Source: Gaiellaceae bacterium
GTDB lineage: Bacteria; Actinomycetota; Thermoleophilia; Gaiellales; Gaiellaceae
Direction of reading: 5' to 3'
Assembly: GCA_035707105.1 (NCBI GenBank)
Contig: DASSUI010000029.1
Coordinates: 32,985 to 96,984, forward strand
DNA: 64,000 bases
The position numbers and the translations under genes were made by a program. Positions 19,337 through 27,310 of the stretch are shown piece by piece (position 1 is the stretch's first letter; every line of letters begins with the position of its first letter). The notes beneath the pieces were generated by a model that was not told the DNA's origin, did not search any database, and worked only from the letters and a program-made list of their open reading frames with translations.

Positions 19337-20208
19337 CGGCGTTCCCAGGCCGTCGCGTTCAGGAAGGCCGCGATCGTGAAGAGGCGGGCCGTCACGTACA
19401 GCCAGAGGAGGATCGCCGTCGACGTGCCGAACGCCCCGTAGACGCTGCCCTCCTTGCCGAGGCGCGGCGCGAGGTAGACGGCGACCCACACGTTGATCGC
19501 CCACATCCCGACGGCGAGCAGCGCCGCGCCCGGCAGGTGGTCGCGCATCCGCGCCTCCGGTTCGTGCGGGAGCAGGGAGAAGGCAAGCGTCGCCGCGACG
19601 GCGTAGAAGCCGAGGAGGGCCGCGAAGCTGAGGATGCGGCCTCCGGGGGCTTCGATCTCGAGCGATGACAGGGCGGCCGCCACGGCCGTGATCACGACGG
19701 AGAGCGCCGTGAAGAGGAGCGATGCCTGCACCTTGCGGCGGATCTTCGGCGGCGGCAGCCGCCACGCGAGGGTGAAGACCACGGCGAGCGCCTTCACCGC
19801 GGTCGTTCCGAACCAGAGGGTCAGGATCGATCCGCCGACGAGGAACACCCACCGCGGCGTGGTGCCGACGTCGACCGCTTCACGAAACGACTCCGCGGCT
19901 GTCGCGGTCAGCCCGAAGGAGCGTGCGGCGTCCTCCAGGTCGGCCGGATTCGACGCTGCCCAGATGCTCGAGAGCGCGCCGCCGACCGCCCCGAGCGAGA
20001 CGACCCAGAAGAAGAACCGGTAGGCGAGCCCCCCGGCCAGCAGCCCACCGCCGCTGCCGCTCTCGCGCTCGACGGCTGCCAGGGCGGTCGGCGCGCCCGG
20101 AACCGTCTCCAGCGCGCGGGCGGCGAGGTGCTCCGCCCGCGCGCGAGCGCGCTCGACCCGGGCCCGGCGTGTCTCGACGGACGGCTCGGACTCGCCGGGC
20201 TCGTTCAC
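19333..20208 (-). CDS. YihY/BrkB family membrane protein
   Basis: 291 aa. GGLAYRFFFWVVSL motif followed by about 6 TM helices. GTG start overlaps the TetR stop as GTGA. Confidence 0.75.
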   Translation of the reverse strand: MNEPGESEPSVETRRARVERARARAEHLAARALETVPGAPTALAAVERESGSGGGLLAGGLAYRFFFWVVSLGAVGGALSSIWAASNPADLEDAARSFGLTATAAESFREAVDVGTTPRWVFLVGGSILTLWFGTTAVKALAVVFTLAWRLPPPKIRRKVQASLLFTALSVVITAVAAALSSLEIEAPGGRILSFAALLGFYAVAATLAFSLLPHEPEARMRDHLPGAALLAVGMWAINVWVAVYLAPRLGKEGSVYGAFGTSTAILLWLYVTARLFTIAAFLNATAWERR

Positions 20209-20807
20209 GCCTGATCCGGCTCGGTGAGCGGGCCGACGAGATACCGCTGGAAGGTCGGGGCGATGGATGCGACGACCCGATCGGCGTCGAGCGAGGCGAG
20301 CGGCTCCACGGCGACGACGTAACGCGCGAGGACGAGACCGACGACCTGCGTCCCTACGAGGTTCGCCCGCAGGTTGGCATCGTCCACACCGAGACCGTCC
20401 GCGATCGCCGCGAAGACGCGGCGAGAGATCAGCTCGCGCAGCATCGCGGCCGCCTCGGCCTCGGTCGACGCGGCCCGCACCATCCCCGTCATCACGCTTC
20501 GCGCATTCTCGTCCTCGAGCATGCCGACGACGAAGCGGGCGAACCGCTCGCCCACGCCGTTGCGGTCACCGGCCAGGATCGCCGGCAGCACCTCCTCGGG
20601 CGCGAACGGCAGGTCGATGACCGAGAGAAAGAGCTGCTGCTTCGAGCCGTAGAAGTGGATGACGAGCGCGGGGTCGACGCCCGCCTCGTTCGCGATCGCC
20701 CGGATCGTCGTCCGCTCGTAGCCGAGCTCGCCGAAGCTCCGGCGCGCCGCCTCCGCGATCGCCTCCCGGGTTCGGCTCGTCCCCGCCCTTCGACCGCGTG
20801 TTGTCAT
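20205..20807 (-). CDS. TetR/AcrR family transcriptional regulator
   Basis: N-terminal HTH: GYERTTIRAIANEAGVDPALVIHFYGSKQQLF. Confidence 0.9.
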   Translation of the reverse strand: MTTRGRRAGTSRTREAIAEAARRSFGELGYERTTIRAIANEAGVDPALVIHFYGSKQQLFLSVIDLPFAPEEVLPAILAGDRNGVGERFARFVVGMLEDENARSVMTGMVRAASTEAEAAAMLRELISRRVFAAIADGLGVDDANLRANLVGTQVVGLVLARYVVAVEPLASLDADRVVASIAPTFQRYLVGPLTEPDQA

Positions 20808-20833
20808 GCCAAAACGCTCCGGGCTTGCATACT

Positions 20834-20871
20834 CAATTCAACGTCTGTAGAATTCAACACCTATTGAATTG
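20834..20871. promoter_or_regulatory. candidate TetR operator (inverted repeat CAATTCAA ... TTGAATTG plus internal GAATTCAA)
   Basis: AT-rich island in the 84-bp divergent tetR/MFS intergenic region. CAATTCAA at 20834..20841 is the reverse complement of TTGAATTG at 20864..20871. Confidence 0.55.
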
Positions 20872-20891
20872 TTACCACGAACCGGTGAGGT

Positions 20892-22463
20892 GTGAATCGC
20901 ATGACGGTTGACGCGCTCCAGCACGCCCGTCGCTGGAAGACACTCGCAGTCCTGTCCCTAAGCCTCGTAATCATCGGGCTCGACAATACGATCCTCAACG
21001 TCGCCCTCCCGACCCTGCAGGACGAGTTCGGCGCCTCTCCCTCGAAGCTCCAGTGGATGGTCGACTCGTACCTCCTGGTCTTCGCGGGCCTCTTGCTCGT
21101 GTTCGGAACGCTCGGCGACCGCTTCGGCCGCAAGCTCGCGCTCCAGGCGGGCGTGACGATCTTCGGCCTCGCGAGCCTCGGCGCCCTCGTCGCCGGCTCG
21201 GCCAACGAAGTGATCGCGGTGCGCGCAGCCATGGGCGTGGGCGCGGCGCTGATCATGCCCGCCACGCTCTCGATCATCGCCAACGTCTTCAGCGGCGAGG
21301 AACGCGGCAAGGCGATCGGCATCTGGGCCGGCCTGGCGGCCGTCGGCATCGGGCTCGGCCCGCTGGCCGGGGGTCTCCTGCTCGAGTGGTTCAGCTGGTG
21401 GTCGGTCTTCCTGGTGAACGTGCCGTTCGCCGTAGCGGCGCTGCTGCTCGGCATCCGCTACGTCCCCGAGAGCCGGGATCCGCGGCCGGGCTCGTTCGAC
21501 CTGCTCGGTGCCGCGCTCTCGACCGCCGGGTTCAGCATCCTCGTGTACGCGATCATCGAGGCGCCGGAGCACGGCTGGACGTCCGGCCTCGTCCTCGGGT
21601 CGCTCACGGCGAGCCTCGCGCTGCTCGTCACGTTCCTCTGGTGGGAGCGGCGCGTCGAGAACCCCATGCTCGACCTCGGTTTCTTCCGCAGCGCGCGGTT
21701 CAGCGTCGGCACGGCCGCCGTCAGCGTCGCCTTCTTCGCGCTTCTCGGCGGCATCTTCGCGCTCACGCAGTACCTGCAGTTCGCGCACGGCTTCAGCGCG
21801 ATCGAGGCCGGCGCCGTGATGAGCCCGATGGCGCTTGGGTTGATGATCGGCGCGGGCTCGTCCAGCAAAGCCGTCGAGCGGCTCGGCACGTCGCGGGTCG
21901 TTGCGGCGGGCCTGACGGGTCTCGCGGTGCTCCTCGCGCTGACGACTGTTTGGGAACCGCACACGGGCTCGATCGCCCTCGTCGCCTGGTTCTTCGGGCT
22001 CACCCTCGCCATGGGTTGGGTCATGGCGCCGGCGACCGAGGCCGTCGTGGGTGCCGTGCCAGCGGCGAAGTCCGGTGTCGCATCGGCCACCAATACGGTC
22101 GCCCGTATGGTCGCGGGCGCGCTCGGCGTGGCCGTGATCGGGTCGCTGATCACCTCTCTCTACTCCGCCGACGTGGAAGGGTCGCTCGGCGGGCTGCCGC
22201 CGGAAGCGCAGGCACGGGCCGAGGAGTCGGTGGGCGCTGCCGGCGCGATCGCCTCGCAGCTTCCGCCCGACGCGGCCGCGGGCCTGCTTGCCACGACCGG
22301 CGGCGCCTTCACGGACGCGATGGGGATCGGACTCTTCGCCGCCGCGGCGCTGGCTGCGGCGATGGCCGTCGTGGTCGTGCGGTTGCTCCCGGGCCGGGAG
22401 GCGGATGTCGTCGAGGCGGAGCCCGTCGTGCGGCCGGTCGCAGAGCCCGAGCGGGCCGGCTAG
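20892..22463 (+). CDS. MFS transporter, DHA2 (EmrB/QacA) type, 14-TM
   Basis: 523 aa. MFS motif A-like GTLGDRFGRK. Divergent from tetR. Confidence 0.9.
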   Translation: MNRMTVDALQHARRWKTLAVLSLSLVIIGLDNTILNVALPTLQDEFGASPSKLQWMVDSYLLVFAGLLLVFGTLGDRFGRKLALQAGVTIFGLASLGALVAGSANEVIAVRAAMGVGAALIMPATLSIIANVFSGEERGKAIGIWAGLAAVGIGLGPLAGGLLLEWFSWWSVFLVNVPFAVAALLLGIRYVPESRDPRPGSFDLLGAALSTAGFSILVYAIIEAPEHGWTSGLVLGSLTASLALLVTFLWWERRVENPMLDLGFFRSARFSVGTAAVSVAFFALLGGIFALTQYLQFAHGFSAIEAGAVMSPMALGLMIGAGSSSKAVERLGTSRVVAAGLTGLAVLLALTTVWEPHTGSIALVAWFFGLTLAMGWVMAPATEAVVGAVPAAKSGVASATNTVARMVAGALGVAVIGSLITSLYSADVEGSLGGLPPEAQARAEESVGAAGAIASQLPPDAAAGLLATTGGAFTDAMGIGLFAAAALAAAMAVVVVRLLPGREADVVEAEPVVRPVAEPERAG

Positions 22464-22476
22464 GTCACCCGGCCTC

Positions 22477-22508
22477 GCCGGGGGAGCGGCGGGCGACTCC
22501 CCCGGCGC
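22477..22508. terminator. bidirectional GC hairpin between convergent genes
   Basis: CGCCGGGGGAG (22477..22487) pairs with CTCCCCCGGCG (22498..22508). Confidence 0.45.
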
Positions 22509-22515
22509 GCGGCCG

Positions 22516-23010
22516 TTAGCGCGTCGGCGTCGGGGCGTCGGCGCCTTCGTACGCTCGGCGGAGGCCCTCGATCTCGATCTTGCCCATTCCGAGCATCGCG
22601 TTCATCACCCGGTTCGCCTTCTCGGGATCTTCGTCGCGGAGGAGCTCGCCGAGGATGCGCGGGATCACCTGCCACGAAACGCCGAACTTGTCCGTGAGCC
22701 ATCCGCACGGACCGGGCTCGCCGCCTTCGGAGAGCTTCTCCCACAGCTCGTCGACCTCCTCCTGCGTCTCGCAGCGGACGAAGAGCGAGATGCCCTGCGA
22801 GAAGCTGAAGGAGGGCCCGCCGTTGAGGGCGATGAACGGCTGCCCGGCGAGCTCGAACTCGGCCGACATGAACGTCCCCTTCGGCGCGGGCCCGGCGTCG
22901 CCGTAACGGCTCGTGCTCACGATCCGCGAGTCGGGGAAGATCGAGGTATAGAAGTCGACCGCTTCCTCGGCGCGGTCCTCGAAGGTCAGGAACGTCGTGA
23001 TCTTCTGCAT
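22516..23010 (-). CDS. VOC-superfamily protein (PhnB / 3-demethylubiquinone-9 methyltransferase-like domain)
   Basis: 164 aa. MQKITTFLTFEDRAEEAVDFYTSIFPDS...CGWLTDKFGVSWQV is a pattern I recognise from the PhnB-like family. Confidence 0.75.
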   Translation of the reverse strand: MQKITTFLTFEDRAEEAVDFYTSIFPDSRIVSTSRYGDAGPAPKGTFMSAEFELAGQPFIALNGGPSFSFSQGISLFVRCETQEEVDELWEKLSEGGEPGPCGWLTDKFGVSWQVIPRILGELLRDEDPEKANRVMNAMLGMGKIEIEGLRRAYEGADAPTPTR

Positions 23011-23044
23011 GTGTCGTCCTCTCTGCTCGACGGCCGGTGTTCAG

Positions 23045-23078
23045 TAAAGACGGGCCGGGCGCCGGAAACTCATCGCTC
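23045..23078 (-). promoter_or_regulatory. ECF-type promoter candidate (GCGATGAGTTTCC-N12-CGTC) upstream of the PhnB-like gene
   Basis: Minus-strand reading: GCGATGAGTTTCCGGCGCCCGGCCCGTCTTTAC. The same element occurs twice at 31505..31567. Confidence 0.45.
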
Positions 23079-23580
23079 AGGCCCGGAGCACGGGCGCGAG
23101 ATGCCGGCCGAGCAGCGCCGTGAGCGCGAGCACACCGCCGAGCGCCGCCGCCTCGGCCGGGTCGTGGTGCCGCACGAGCGCCGCGACCGCCATCAGCGCC
23201 GCGAGCGCGATGAGGGTGACCGCGACACCCCGGTGGAAGCGCCCGGCCTCGAGCCGCGGCCAGTCGTCGAGCAGGCGGACGACCTCGCGTCCCTCGTCGG
23301 AGTCGGTGCAGTCCGTCTTCCGGGGACAGGCGTTGCACACCTGCGGCCTGCCTCGGTAGCGGACGAGCCGCCGCTCGTGATCGTGCTCGTGCGGCCAGAG
23401 ATGCTCGCCCTCCGGGCACTCCCAGGCGTCGAGGTGGCCGTGGTAGCGGAAGCCGGCGGTCCGGTACCGCTCCGAGCGGCGGTAGGAGTGCCGGGCGGCG
23501 AGGTCGAGGGTCGTGGCCGCGCCGAGCAGGAACAGCGCGTAGCCGCCGAGGAGGACCGCCTCGGGGTCGATCGCCCTCAC
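23077..23580 (-). CDS. hypothetical Cys/His-rich 3-TM membrane protein, translationally coupled to qNor
   Basis: C-terminal part of ORF 23077..25839. GTG 23580 overlaps the qNor stop as GTGA. Soluble loop: HGHLDAWECPEGEHLWPHEHDHE...VCNACPRKTDC. Confidence 0.55.
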   Translation of the reverse strand: MRAIDPEAVLLGGYALFLLGAATTLDLAARHSYRRSERYRTAGFRYHGHLDAWECPEGEHLWPHEHDHERRLVRYRGRPQVCNACPRKTDCTDSDEGREVVRLLDDWPRLEAGRFHRGVAVTLIALAALMAVAALVRHHDPAEAAALGGVLALTALLGRHLAPVLRA

Positions 23581-25883
23581 GGGCGGCCCTCGGTGACCCC
23601 CGCCGGCTCGGTGATCTCGGTGAAGAGGATGTCCTCCGGCTCCTCGAGCGTCACGCGCTTCACCGTGTGCCGGATGCCGACCCAGGTGATGTAGAGGAGC
23701 GGGAGCACGCCGCCGGTGATGAACAGGACGTCTCCCGGCAGGCGGATCCACTCGAAGAGCGTGTTCGTGTCGTTCGTCAGGAACTCCAGCGTGCGCGCGT
23801 CGTAGTAGCCGGTGTTCACCGACTCGTACAGCTGGAGGACGCCGAGCGGGAAGAGCGTCGCGAAGACCATCCAGGCGAGGCCGATGTTCAGCGACCAGAA
23901 GCTGAGCCTCGCCGCGCCGTCCGGCCAGCGCTCCTCCGGGATGAGATACCGGAGGCAGAAGAGGGCGAGCCCGACGGCGAGCATGCCGTAGACGCCCATC
24001 ATCGCCGCGTGGCCGTGGTTGGCCGTCAGCGCGGTCCCGATCTCGTAGTACGAGACGATCGGCAGGTTGATCAGGAAGCCGAAGATGCCGGCGCCGAGGA
24101 AGTTCCAGAAGCCGACGGCGACGAGGAACATCACCGCCCAACGGTGCGGGAACGGCGTCGGCGAGCGCGACTCCTGCCTCGCGCCGAGCTGGAGGAAGCT
24201 CCACGCCTCGACGGTGAGGAAGGTGAGCGGGATCACCTCCGCCGCCGAGAAGAACGCGCCGAGAGCCATGTGCTCGGCCGGCTCGCCCGAGAAGTACAGG
24301 TGGTGCATCGTCCCGATCACCCCGCCGACCGAGTAGAGGACGATGTCGAGGTAGACGACGATCAGGGCGACGCGCTCCCGGACGACACCGAGCAGGACGA
24401 AGATGTAGGCGACCATCACGGTCGTGAAGAGCTCCAGGAAGTCCTCGACCCAGAGGTGGACGACCCAGAACCGCCAGAAGTCCGCGGTCGTGAAGGTGGA
24501 GTCGTCGCGGGCGAGCAGGCCGACCGCGTAGAAGACCGGGATCGCGAGCGCCGCGAAGAAGAAGAGCCAGGGCATGTTGCCCTTGTGCTCGCGCCGCAGG
24601 CGCGTCCTCAGGACGCGCCAGAGCATGAAGACCCAGGCGAAGATCCCGATCGAGAGCAGGATCTGCCAGAAGCGGCCCAGGTCGAGGTACTCCCAGCCCT
24701 GGTTGCCGAACCATCCGGCGAGCCCGGTCGTCCAGCCGTGGATCCCCGCGAGCTCGCCGACCATGCTGCCGCCGACGACGAGGGCGAGGGCGCCGAGCAG
24801 CAGGAAGGCGAGCAACCGCTGCCCGCGCGGTTCGCGCCGGGCGATCATCGGCGCGAGGAAGATGCCGGCCGCCAGGTACGAGGTGGCGACGAAGAAGATC
24901 GCGAGCTGGACGTGCCAGGTCCGCATGAGGTTGAAGGGGAACCACGCGGCGAGGTTGATCCCGAAGAAGTCGGCGACGTCCGCGCGGTAGTGCTGCGAGG
25001 CGGCGCCGACGAGCGTCTGGACGAGGAAGAGCGCCGCCATCACGAAGAAGAACCAGGCCGTCGCCCGCTGCGCCGGCGTCAGCGCGACGTCGCCGGGCGT
25101 GCGGAACGAGAGCGTCGCCTGCTCCCGCCCGTGCCAGCCGAGGAAGCGGTAGCGCCCGAAGGCCGCGAAGAGGACCCCGATGCCACCGAGTAAGGCGACC
25201 AGCGAGAGGACGCTCCAGACGATCACGTTCGCCGTCGGGGTGTTGTCGACGAGCGGCTCGGGCGGCCAGTTGTTCGTGTACGTGTAGTTGTGCCCGGGCC
25301 GCTCGGTCGAGGCGGCCCACGCCGACCACGCGAAGTACGCGGTCAGCTGCCTGATGTGGTCGGGATCGGTGATCGCCTCCCGGCGGAGGCCGTTCGCGTT
25401 GCTCTGCGTGCCGAAGAAGTCCGCGTAGTGGTCTCGGAGCCGGTCGAACGCGGACGCCTGCGCCGCCGAGAACTCGAGCGTCTTCGTGTCCTTCGAATAC
25501 CGGTTCGTGCGGAAGTCCTCGATCGTTCGCGACCGGGCGACGTCCGACTCCTCGCCGCCGTATGTGTCGCGGACGTGGAGCGCCGAGCGGCGCAGGTAGT
25601 CCGCCGTGTAGTCCGGCCCGAGGTAGGCGCCGTGCCCGAAGATCGAGCCGTACTGCATCAGCCCGTTGCGCAGGAACAGCTTCTGGCCAGCACGCACGTC
25701 GGCGCCGGTGAAGAGCACGCGCCCGCGCGGGTCGGTGACGCGGCTCGGGACCGGCGGCTCCGCCTGGTAGGTGCGGTACGCCAGGAGCCCGAGGACGAAG
25801 AAGCCGAAGAGAAAGACGAGCGCCGCCGCCTGCACCCATGTACGCGAGACGAGCAGCGGCCGGCGTTCGTCCGGAGCGATCAT
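23577..25883 (-). CDS. quinol-dependent nitric oxide reductase (qNor, large subunit)
   Basis: 768 aa. N-terminal TM helix plus periplasmic domain (RNGLMQYGSIFGHGAYLGPDYTADYL), then a heme-copper-oxidase-type core with His motifs HLWVE, GTMHHLYF and NHGHAAMMGVYG. Confidence 0.9.
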   Translation of the reverse strand: MIAPDERRPLLVSRTWVQAAALVFLFGFFVLGLLAYRTYQAEPPVPSRVTDPRGRVLFTGADVRAGQKLFLRNGLMQYGSIFGHGAYLGPDYTADYLRRSALHVRDTYGGEESDVARSRTIEDFRTNRYSKDTKTLEFSAAQASAFDRLRDHYADFFGTQSNANGLRREAITDPDHIRQLTAYFAWSAWAASTERPGHNYTYTNNWPPEPLVDNTPTANVIVWSVLSLVALLGGIGVLFAAFGRYRFLGWHGREQATLSFRTPGDVALTPAQRATAWFFFVMAALFLVQTLVGAASQHYRADVADFFGINLAAWFPFNLMRTWHVQLAIFFVATSYLAAGIFLAPMIARREPRGQRLLAFLLLGALALVVGGSMVGELAGIHGWTTGLAGWFGNQGWEYLDLGRFWQILLSIGIFAWVFMLWRVLRTRLRREHKGNMPWLFFFAALAIPVFYAVGLLARDDSTFTTADFWRFWVVHLWVEDFLELFTTVMVAYIFVLLGVVRERVALIVVYLDIVLYSVGGVIGTMHHLYFSGEPAEHMALGAFFSAAEVIPLTFLTVEAWSFLQLGARQESRSPTPFPHRWAVMFLVAVGFWNFLGAGIFGFLINLPIVSYYEIGTALTANHGHAAMMGVYGMLAVGLALFCLRYLIPEERWPDGAARLSFWSLNIGLAWMVFATLFPLGVLQLYESVNTGYYDARTLEFLTNDTNTLFEWIRLPGDVLFITGGVLPLLYITWVGIRHTVKRVTLEEPEDILFTEITEPAGVTEGRP

Positions 25884-25885
25884 TC

Positions 25886-26365
25886 CTATTGGCCGGGCTT
25901 CCAGACCATGAGCACGAGTGCGGCGACCATCGCGAGCGCCGCGGCGTAGTTCAACGCATCGGAGCCCGCATCGTCAAGCAGGTTCCGGAGCTCTTCGGGC
26001 GTGCCGCCGCCGCCGTCGGCGAGCCGGGACGCGAGCCGTCGGGCCCGCTTCGGCCGTTGGCCGCCCAGCGCGCCGAGCAGGAAGGAAACCACGAGGAGCC
26101 CGAAGGCGCCGGCGATCCAGCCGTCGCCGAGCGAGTAGAAGCCGTTCGACACCTCGATGAGCCAGAGGCCACTGCCGACCACGAGCAGCGCGCCGGCAGC
26201 GACGAACGCGACGCCGGCCCGCGTCAGGCCGAGCAGCGCGGCGATCTCCCCCGGCCGCTCCCGCCTGCGTGCTCCCGCGTACGCGACGCCGGCGATCGCC
26301 GTCCCCGAGAAGAGCAGCACGGCGCCGACGAGGTGAAGGAGGAGAGCCCACTCGCGCTCCGACAC
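25886..26365 (-). CDS. DUF2269-like 4-TM membrane protein
   Basis: 159 aa. Ends 2 nt before the qNor start. Confidence 0.6.
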   Translation of the reverse strand: MSEREWALLLHLVGAVLLFSGTAIAGVAYAGARRRERPGEIAALLGLTRAGVAFVAAGALLVVGSGLWLIEVSNGFYSLGDGWIAGAFGLLVVSFLLGALGGQRPKRARRLASRLADGGGGTPEELRNLLDDAGSDALNYAAALAMVAALVLMVWKPGQ

Positions 26366-26386
26366 CGCGCCATTATGGGCGGCCCG

Positions 26387-27181
26387 CTAGCGCGCCGGTG
26401 CGGGAGAGATCTGCAGCTTCGGCCGCCGGACGTGCACGGACAGGTAGCGGACGCCGTCCGGGCCCGCCGCGATCTGCCGCGAGCGGCCCTTCTCGACCAC
26501 GAGCGCCTGACCGGCGTCCAGCGTCAACGCCTCGCCGTCGACCGTGACCGTGGCCGAGCCGGCGAGGACCACGACGAGGACGTCCCGCTCGGCGTTGACG
26601 TGCGCCGACGTGCCGCCGCCGGCCGGCCAGGCGAGGAGCGTCGCGTTCAGGTCCTCCGTCTCGGTGCCCCAGAGCGGGCCCTTTCCCTCCTGCTCGAGCA
26701 GCTCGACGGCCGCGGGGGCGTCCTGGAGCCGTCGCAGCGCCTCCTCAGGAACGACCTGCTCCATGAGCGGGAACAGCGTCCGTTCCTCGAAGCGGATGTG
26801 CTCGTCGAGCGCGTCGGCGAGCTCCTCCATCAGCGCCTGGGACACGTCTCCGGTCTCGACCTGGGCCCCGAGAACGCGGGCGAGCGCGTGGAGGCGCTGG
26901 TGCTCGAGGAGCGCTCTCGTGAGGAGCTCGGTCGCCGGCGCCTCCGCGTCCACGAGCAGCGGGAAGAACCGCTCCTCCTCCTGGCGGAAGTGGGTGCGCG
27001 TCTCCTCGGCGAAGAAGGCGAGGAACGCAGCCGCCGCCTCCCGCCGCCTGGCCGGGTCGTCGGCCGCCGCCCGCCGCAGCCTCCTCGCCTGGACGAGGCC
27101 GTGGTGGTGGTCGTGAGAGAGCGGGATGAGGGCGGCGTCGCGCTTCACGGGCCCGAGGGTAGCCGGGCTCGCGAGGCACAT
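26387..27181 (-). CDS. hemerythrin (HHE cation-binding) domain fused to a cupin domain
   Basis: C-terminal part of ORF 26387..29344. HDHHHG, HFRQEEE and HIRFEE are hemerythrin-like His/Glu ligand motifs. The C-terminal about 90 aa is cupin-like (VLVVVLAGSATVTVDGEALTLDAGQALVVEKG). Alternative start GTG 27148. Confidence 0.7.
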   Translation of the reverse strand: MCLASPATLGPVKRDAALIPLSHDHHHGLVQARRLRRAAADDPARRREAAAAFLAFFAEETRTHFRQEEERFFPLLVDAEAPATELLTRALLEHQRLHALARVLGAQVETGDVSQALMEELADALDEHIRFEERTLFPLMEQVVPEEALRRLQDAPAAVELLEQEGKGPLWGTETEDLNATLLAWPAGGGTSAHVNAERDVLVVVLAGSATVTVDGEALTLDAGQALVVEKGRSRQIAAGPDGVRYLSVHVRRPKLQISPAPAR

Positions 27182-27310
27182 AGCCCAAGCCGTAGTTCCA
27201 GTCGGTAGATCGCCGAATACGGCGTCAGGGCTTGCGCGGATGTATCCGGAGTCTGCCAGCGGAACGCTGGTGACGCAGTACACCGACTGGGGGGAGAGAG
27301 GGAATCCACG

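Noticed and set aside
27237-27248. A small palindrome CGGAT-GT-ATCCG in the hemerythrin/MCO divergent promoter, considered as a possible NsrR- or FNR-type site.
   Set aside because: The arms are only 5 bp, and there is no resemblance to NsrR or FNR/CRP consensus sequences I know. It is too short to separate from chance.
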